Assembly (NCBI RefSeq): GCF_009914755.1
Contig: NC_060927.1
DNA: 64,000 bases
Reading direction: 5' to 3' (one strand)
Source of the DNA: the human T2T-CHM13v2.0 reference genome, Homo sapiens
Shown: in pieces, positions 58,540-64,000 of the stretch
Layout: every line of letters begins with the position of its first letter
How positions within the stretch are numbered: position 1 is the stretch's first letter
Program-made: the position numbers and the translations under genes
The notes under the pieces: model-generated
Database searches by the model: none
What the model was told of the DNA's origin: nothing
The model's input: the letters and a program-made list of their open reading frames with translations, nothing else

Positions 58540-58960
58540 TCAATTTAAGAATGCTGGAGCTTCGCAGAATACTGCATGAACAACGAGAACCGTGGCCCTG
58601 AAAGACTCAAAACCCTACAGTATATGAAACTATTGCAGGATGTGTGGATGTTCAAAGGAATAACAGACTTGGAAGCAATGCTTACTGAATTTTGATGTAT
58701 TAAAGGATGTCAAGTCCAAGAGAGAGATAAGGTCTCAGAAGACAGAACTAGAACCATGGGGTAAGCAGTTAGAATGAGGAAGCACTATGGCTCAGTAGGA
58801 GAAAGAACCTTTTAGCCATCAAAGCGATCTAGAAATTAAAGGACTGCCTTGGGATCTGCCTGTCACTGAGAGCTGGCTGCAGAGGTTTTACAATCAGGGC
58901 TTTTGTAAAAGGAACTAAAATTTGAGTTTGGACCCAATTATCTTACATTCTAACTGGATG
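58540..58960 (+). mobile_element. CR1/L3 LINE fragment
   Basis: cagaagacagaactagaacc...aaagaacctttt...ggactgccttggg...cctgtcactgagag. Confidence 0.5.
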
Positions 58961-59372
58961 TGTAGAATCTCCAAGAAGAAAGACTCTTCTGTACTGTTTT
59001 ATAGATTTTGCCTTCCACTCCAAACATCCTGAGTCATGTTCCTTTTATACTTGCATGTGAGATGAGAGTCAGAGCACTGACCTCAAAGCCAGCGACCGGG
59101 TTCTACTGTTCCTTTCTGCAAGAACTTAGACTATGAGACTCAATCCCCTCAACCGATTAATGTAAAATCCCCTCCATGCCAATCTTGCAGAGGATAGGGG
59201 TGGCTGTACTGGTGATCTTGCTGGGGTAATGGGGTAATAGTACTGGGGTAATGACGGCAGGAGTGGTGGTTCTATTGCTGCTGACGTTATGAACCTGCTT
59301 TCTCCTCCACTTTGGCTTTAGCAGGACTGAAGTACTCCTTGGTGTGTTCTTATCAAACCCTTTTTTTTCCAG

Positions 59373-59542
59373 GCCGCTGTGCTCGCTGTGGAGAAAACGT
59401 AGTTGGGGAAGGTACAGGATGCACTGCCATGGATCAGGTCTTCCACGTGGATTGTTTTACCTGCATCATCTGCAACAACAAGCTCCGAGGGCAGCCATTC
59501 TATGCTGTGGAAAAGAAAGCATACTGCGAGCCCTGCTACATT
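59373..59542 (+). CDS. LPP: LPP coding exon (170 nt, phase 1 to 0): LIM domain 1 double zinc finger
   Basis: CxxC...HxxCxxCxxC...CxxC LIM pattern; acceptor cccttttttttccag; donor ATT|gtaagt at 59543. Confidence 0.97.
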
Positions 59543-59657
59543 GTAAGTTCCAGATTTGTTCCTCAAGCACTTTGCAAAGATGTCTTCTGTGGCTGAATGC
59601 CAGTCACTCTAGATAGAATATAGCCATCAGATCTTTGCTTCTTCCTAGACTTCAAAA

Positions 59658-59667
59658 TGTGTGTGTG

Positions 59668-59706
<39 letters not shown>

Positions 59707-59716
59707 CGCGCACGTA
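59658..59716 (+). repeat. (TG)n microsatellite ending in a CG-rich palindrome (alternating purine-pyrimidine tract)
   Basis: (TG)16 at 59671-59702 then cgtgcgcgcacg. Confidence 0.95.
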
Positions 59717-60690
59717 AATTAGCATATTGTAATTTTTTTCTACACATCCCCCATTCATAAGCAGTCAGAAAGGTGTATTAGCATGGGACTGCCATTCAGT
59801 TAGTGGTCTGCTGGGAAGATCATCAGCCTGTGGCTTTCTAGCATGTATGTACAAGCTAAAATTTTCTTTCTTAAAGCATCAGAAAGCTTTCCAAGTAGCT
59901 GAGTCACACCTCTTATAAGATCTCACCCTACATTTGAAGTGCCCAGTAGTTTCAAGGAAACTTTACAGAATCTCTGGACTTGTCAGTCCTCTTCCAGAAT
60001 ACTGGGCCCTTTGAGTCCATTTTTATCTACCAAAATGTTTCTTCCCCCTCTTATCCAACAGGTTTTTAATGATGCAAACAGGGGAACTGTTTATTATAAA
60101 GCACCTTAAAGAGAAATGAACAGTAATGCTGACTGAGCTAATCATTGTTTTCTTTTATTACAGAACACAAAAACTATATTTTAATAATATACCTGGGTAA
60201 CTAAAAAATTCTCAGTCATGTTACCTTAGCGTTTTACAATGCTACTTACTTAATCTACCTGTTAAACTATTCTCTGGTAGAGTAATTTGATGAATGAACA
60301 CAGACTTTTTTCATCTATTGTAAATTTCTTTGCTATCCTTCAGCATGATTTTAATCTTTGTTTAACACATGTTGATGGGAAAAGTAGTGTTTTTTGTTTG
60401 TTTGTTATGTAAACCCACAAAACAGTCATGGTTTGTCCCTCAGTGCCCAGAGATTTCAACATAAAAGACACCTTGGTTTCTTTACCAAGGTATTGGGAGT
60501 CATACTTGGCTTTACAAGGTTCACATTTATTGAAGACGTTTTTGGCCTGGTTGGTATTTTCCTATAACTTGGCAGCTCTAACCCATTGTAACCTTGGGGT
60601 CTGTAGCACAGATCTGAAAGTTCATCAAGATTAAGGCTTCGTAGGATTAAATATGGCTTTGCATCTGTCTTAGGTTCAATTTTATTTCGT

Positions 60691-60757
60691 TTTCTTTCCA
60701 AAGGTAACTTAATACATGTAACATCATTTCTTTCCAAAGGTAGCTTAAACACATGTA
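60691..60757 (+). repeat. About 30-bp direct tandem duplication (period 36)
   Basis: tttctttccaaaggtaacttaatacatgta vs tttctttccaaaggtagcttaaacacatgta. Confidence 0.9.
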
Positions 60758-61419
60758 GAGCCATACAGTGGTAGAGTTGGAAAAAAAATCTTAAAATCAT
60801 TTGCGTAATTACTCTCTTTAGCAATGAGAATGCCAAGACATACAGAAGAGGAAAGCGACTTCGTATGACCTATCATTAGTGTCAGAACCAAGGCTGCATT
60901 CCGTTATTCACGCTCCACAGTCTTAGATTCTTTGCAGATGCTACATGGTTTTCATTTTCCTAAACATAAAGATAAACAAAGTAATGTACTGTTGATCTGG
61001 AAGGAGCAATTATGCATAAGTGAAAGTCTAGTAAACAAAAGCTTACCTCTTTAGAATATAAGAATATTTCAAATATCTTTGAAATCTTTATTGAAAAAAG
61101 AAAGGCATTACATAATTCCTTGCCTTTTTAAACAGACTAAACCGGGTGTCATTCACAATGGCTTGGCACCACGTTTATGAAATTATTTATTGCCACGAGC
61201 CCTAAGGTAGTGATGTTGGCAGAGTGTGTGGAGGCACCCAGGGTTGTCCTTACACCAAGTAAACACATACTGCTGTGTTTTTTTTATAGCTCCTGTCTAT
61301 TTTTTATCCCTTTTTGACTCCATAGTTGATTTTTGCTACTTTAATGATGCTACTGTGGCAGCAGCCTTCTTCAGTTGTTTTGTTTCAACCCTTGTTAGCT
61401 AGAAATCATATAGACAGTA

Positions 61420-61640
61420 TTGGGAAACAGTGTAACAGGGTGGGAAGAACATGAATTTGAATTTCGTTACGTCACTTAGTGCCTCCCCTCCTTGGGAAAA
61501 TTATTTACTCTTTCTAAGTATCAGTTGCCTCATCTATATAATGGGGACGATGGCAGTTATTTTCCATGAAGAAGAAATGAGACAATCCTAGTAAAGCACA
61601 CTGGGCCTCTTCAGGAAAAGTAGTGGAATAAATGTTATTC
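61420..61640 (+). mobile_element. MIR SINE
   Basis: ccttgggaaaattatttactctttctaagtatcagttgcctcatctatataatgggg. Confidence 0.65.
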
Positions 61641-62899
61641 TGGGATTAACTTTAATGATGTTTCTGAAACTGTTTAATATTTCTGAATGTGGGAACCTTA
61701 CATGTGCAGTGAAATTCACTGGGCTTTAGGAAATTATTATAACCTTTCAGACATACTCCTCGCATTTTTACATGTTTGCTTGCTTTTCTGAGTGCGTAAC
61801 AAAACTGGAGAAGGTCTAATCTGATTAAATAATAGGTTTCTACAGTGTGTGGGCTCAAGTTTCTATCTCCATTCCAGGCATAGGATGGGTCTCTGTGATT
61901 CTGTAGGATGCCAGCCCCTTCTTCTTTGGTTTGTTGTTACTATACTATGCTTATGAGAAGGAAAACTATCCGGGAGATATTTAATCGCGTACTTGGAAGA
62001 ACTGGGTGAATTCAAATAATGGAAATTCTAACCATTTTTTTTTTTTACTTCTTTCCCTCATAAGAACATTTAATCAAGGTTTTTCTTTAATGAGATCTAT
62101 TCGTGGTGACTCTAAAATGTAATCTAATTCTTATCAGAATTCAGTTAAGCTTTACCAAAGACCCTTGTTCAATATTGATTCGAGTTCAGCACAGTCCTCA
62201 AGCCCTCAGATGGATGTATCAGAACTTTAATTTCTTCTGAACTTTTATATGTCCAATAAGCTGCATACTAGAAGTGTAAGGAGGTTGAGGAAATTGGGCA
62301 AATGAAATAAAACAAGTTGGCTTTGAAGATAGTTTGCATTAAGGAGAATCCTAGAACTGTGCGTCTCTCTTGGAACCAAAAGCCTTAGAACAGGAAGCAT
62401 ATTCTGTGTGATCCAGCAAAATTGCCTTTGGTTACACTGTTGAAAACTGATGTCTAAAAGGTATTCCATACAAACCAGAGCAAACCTAGCCCTTGGCCAT
62501 CAGTCAGTGTGCCTGTCTTTTTTTTTTTTTTAATTGATGGAATGAGAATATTCAAGATAGTGGCTTAATTATTTTTGTATAAGGACCAGCATGTTTGATA
62601 CTCTGAGTTCAGGAATGAGACCAGTCTAATGTAAATTAAATTTACTTCTGCCTAAATTGGTTGTTGATCAACTTAAGATCCTATTAAAATTAAAAATTTA
62701 CATGATTTTGAGGGAAAATGCACCAGTAATGTCTGCAGCTTTGGTTCAATGATTTTTAATATTTTCCTGTGGTTTATTGAGTTTGTTCTTAATCTTTGTG
62801 CTTAAGTAGTTATGATTAAACAGTTTGATTCAGTATAGCATTGTAATTCTCTTTAATCATTTTACATATTTTGTTTTCTATTTTTTATTTATTAACATA

Positions 62900-63420
62900 A
62901 TACAAATGTTCATATAGTTTTGCATTGTTAGTATTCATTTTTAGATTTTTATCTGTTTAGTTTTACATTTAGATTACACACTTCATTTTAAAACCATTTG
63001 CCAGTCAAAATGTATTGTGTGTTTTGCAATCTTTTAGAATTGTAAATAACATGCCTATAGATAGTTAATAAAAATTTTATTTTTTATTTTGAATTACATC
63101 CTTAGCATAAATTCTTTGATTTATATTACCAAATCAAATTTAATCTGGAGGACTTTTGCATTACCTTGCTAGATTTCTTTAGAAATATTTTTCTAATTTA
63201 CAGAACCATCAACAATAATGAAACTATATGTTAAAATGCAAACTATCCCCTATGGCAGAAGTTTATTTATATTTTCTGAACTAATTTAATAAGCACATTA
63301 TGTCTTAGTTATTTTAAGTTTGTGTAATTATTAGCAAAATCAATGAGATGCTTTTCTTCTTTGGTGATATGTCTCTTGAAAGCCTAGTTTTGGTTATTCT
63401 TATAGATTTGAATATGTAAA
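62900..63420 (-). mobile_element. Old L1ME-like fragment, antisense
   Basis: ccttagcataaattct...attaccaaatcaaa...aatttacagaaccatcaacaa, a degraded L1 3' ORF2/UTR match. Confidence 0.45.
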
Positions 63421-64000
63421 CAGATTAAAGTAAAGATCACTAAAACTTTGTTAGGAAGTGATATAAATAGAATGTATTTATCCTAATTCTAGCTCTCCTG
63501 GTGTGACCTTGGGTAAATCATTTAGCTTCTGAGTATCAGTGTCCTCATTTACTAAAGGGAGATATTAATTTCTCCCATGTCTTCACAGATAAGGAATAAG
63601 CAGTTGTGATATTTTGTATACATGAAATTATTTACTAATATAAGTGCTTAATCTGATTAACAGAATTTTTATCATTGCTTTTTTTTTCCCCTTTAGTATA
63701 ATGTGATACACTATAGAAACCCTCTAAATCTGGGGCAATTTCTTGGCTGTAGTTGCTATGGAAATACTGAAATAAATAAATGTCATGGAAGGAATATAAG
63801 GACACATATTAAAAGCGGAGGTTCATGCTTTGCTTAAGAAGATTTTTATGTTGGTATGAATATGAAGGGCAGCAACAGTGCCTCCTGCTTATGTACCCTT
63901 CTGCACATAAAGAGACAGCCTTACTCATAAGTATAGTTTTAGAAAAAGAATTGCTGTTTTATTCCTAGCATTACCAAGGAGTCTGGGCCTAGGGACAGAG

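Overview
Primate (very probably human) genomic DNA from inside the LPP gene (LIM domain containing preferred translocation partner in lipoma; zyxin/TRIP6 family), transcribed on the + strand. Two canonical coding exons are visible: a 127-nt exon at 7548-7674 (end of the proline-rich pre-LIM region, conventionally exon 7) and a 170-nt exon at 59373-59542 (LIM domain 1, conventionally exon 8). They are joined in phase 1 across a 51,698-nt GT-AG intron. The rest is intronic and rich in repeats: 16 Alus, L1/L2/CR1 fragments, MaLR LTRs, hAT-Charlie elements, MIRs and microsatellites. Nearly all other ORF-track entries are repeat-derived or chance. The most interesting signals sit in the large intron, which falls at the pre-LIM/LIM domain boundary. 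It holds a well-formed alternative terminal exon with a poly(A) site (LIM-less LPP), candidate internal promoters plus a strong-Kozak in-frame ATG in the LIM1 exon (LIM-only LPP), a candidate poison cassette exon, and an in-frame upstream NAGNAG acceptor for the LIM1 exon. Several retroelements also carry rearrangement scars. Repeat subfamily names and boundaries are by-eye estimates, and no prokaryotic-type systems are present.
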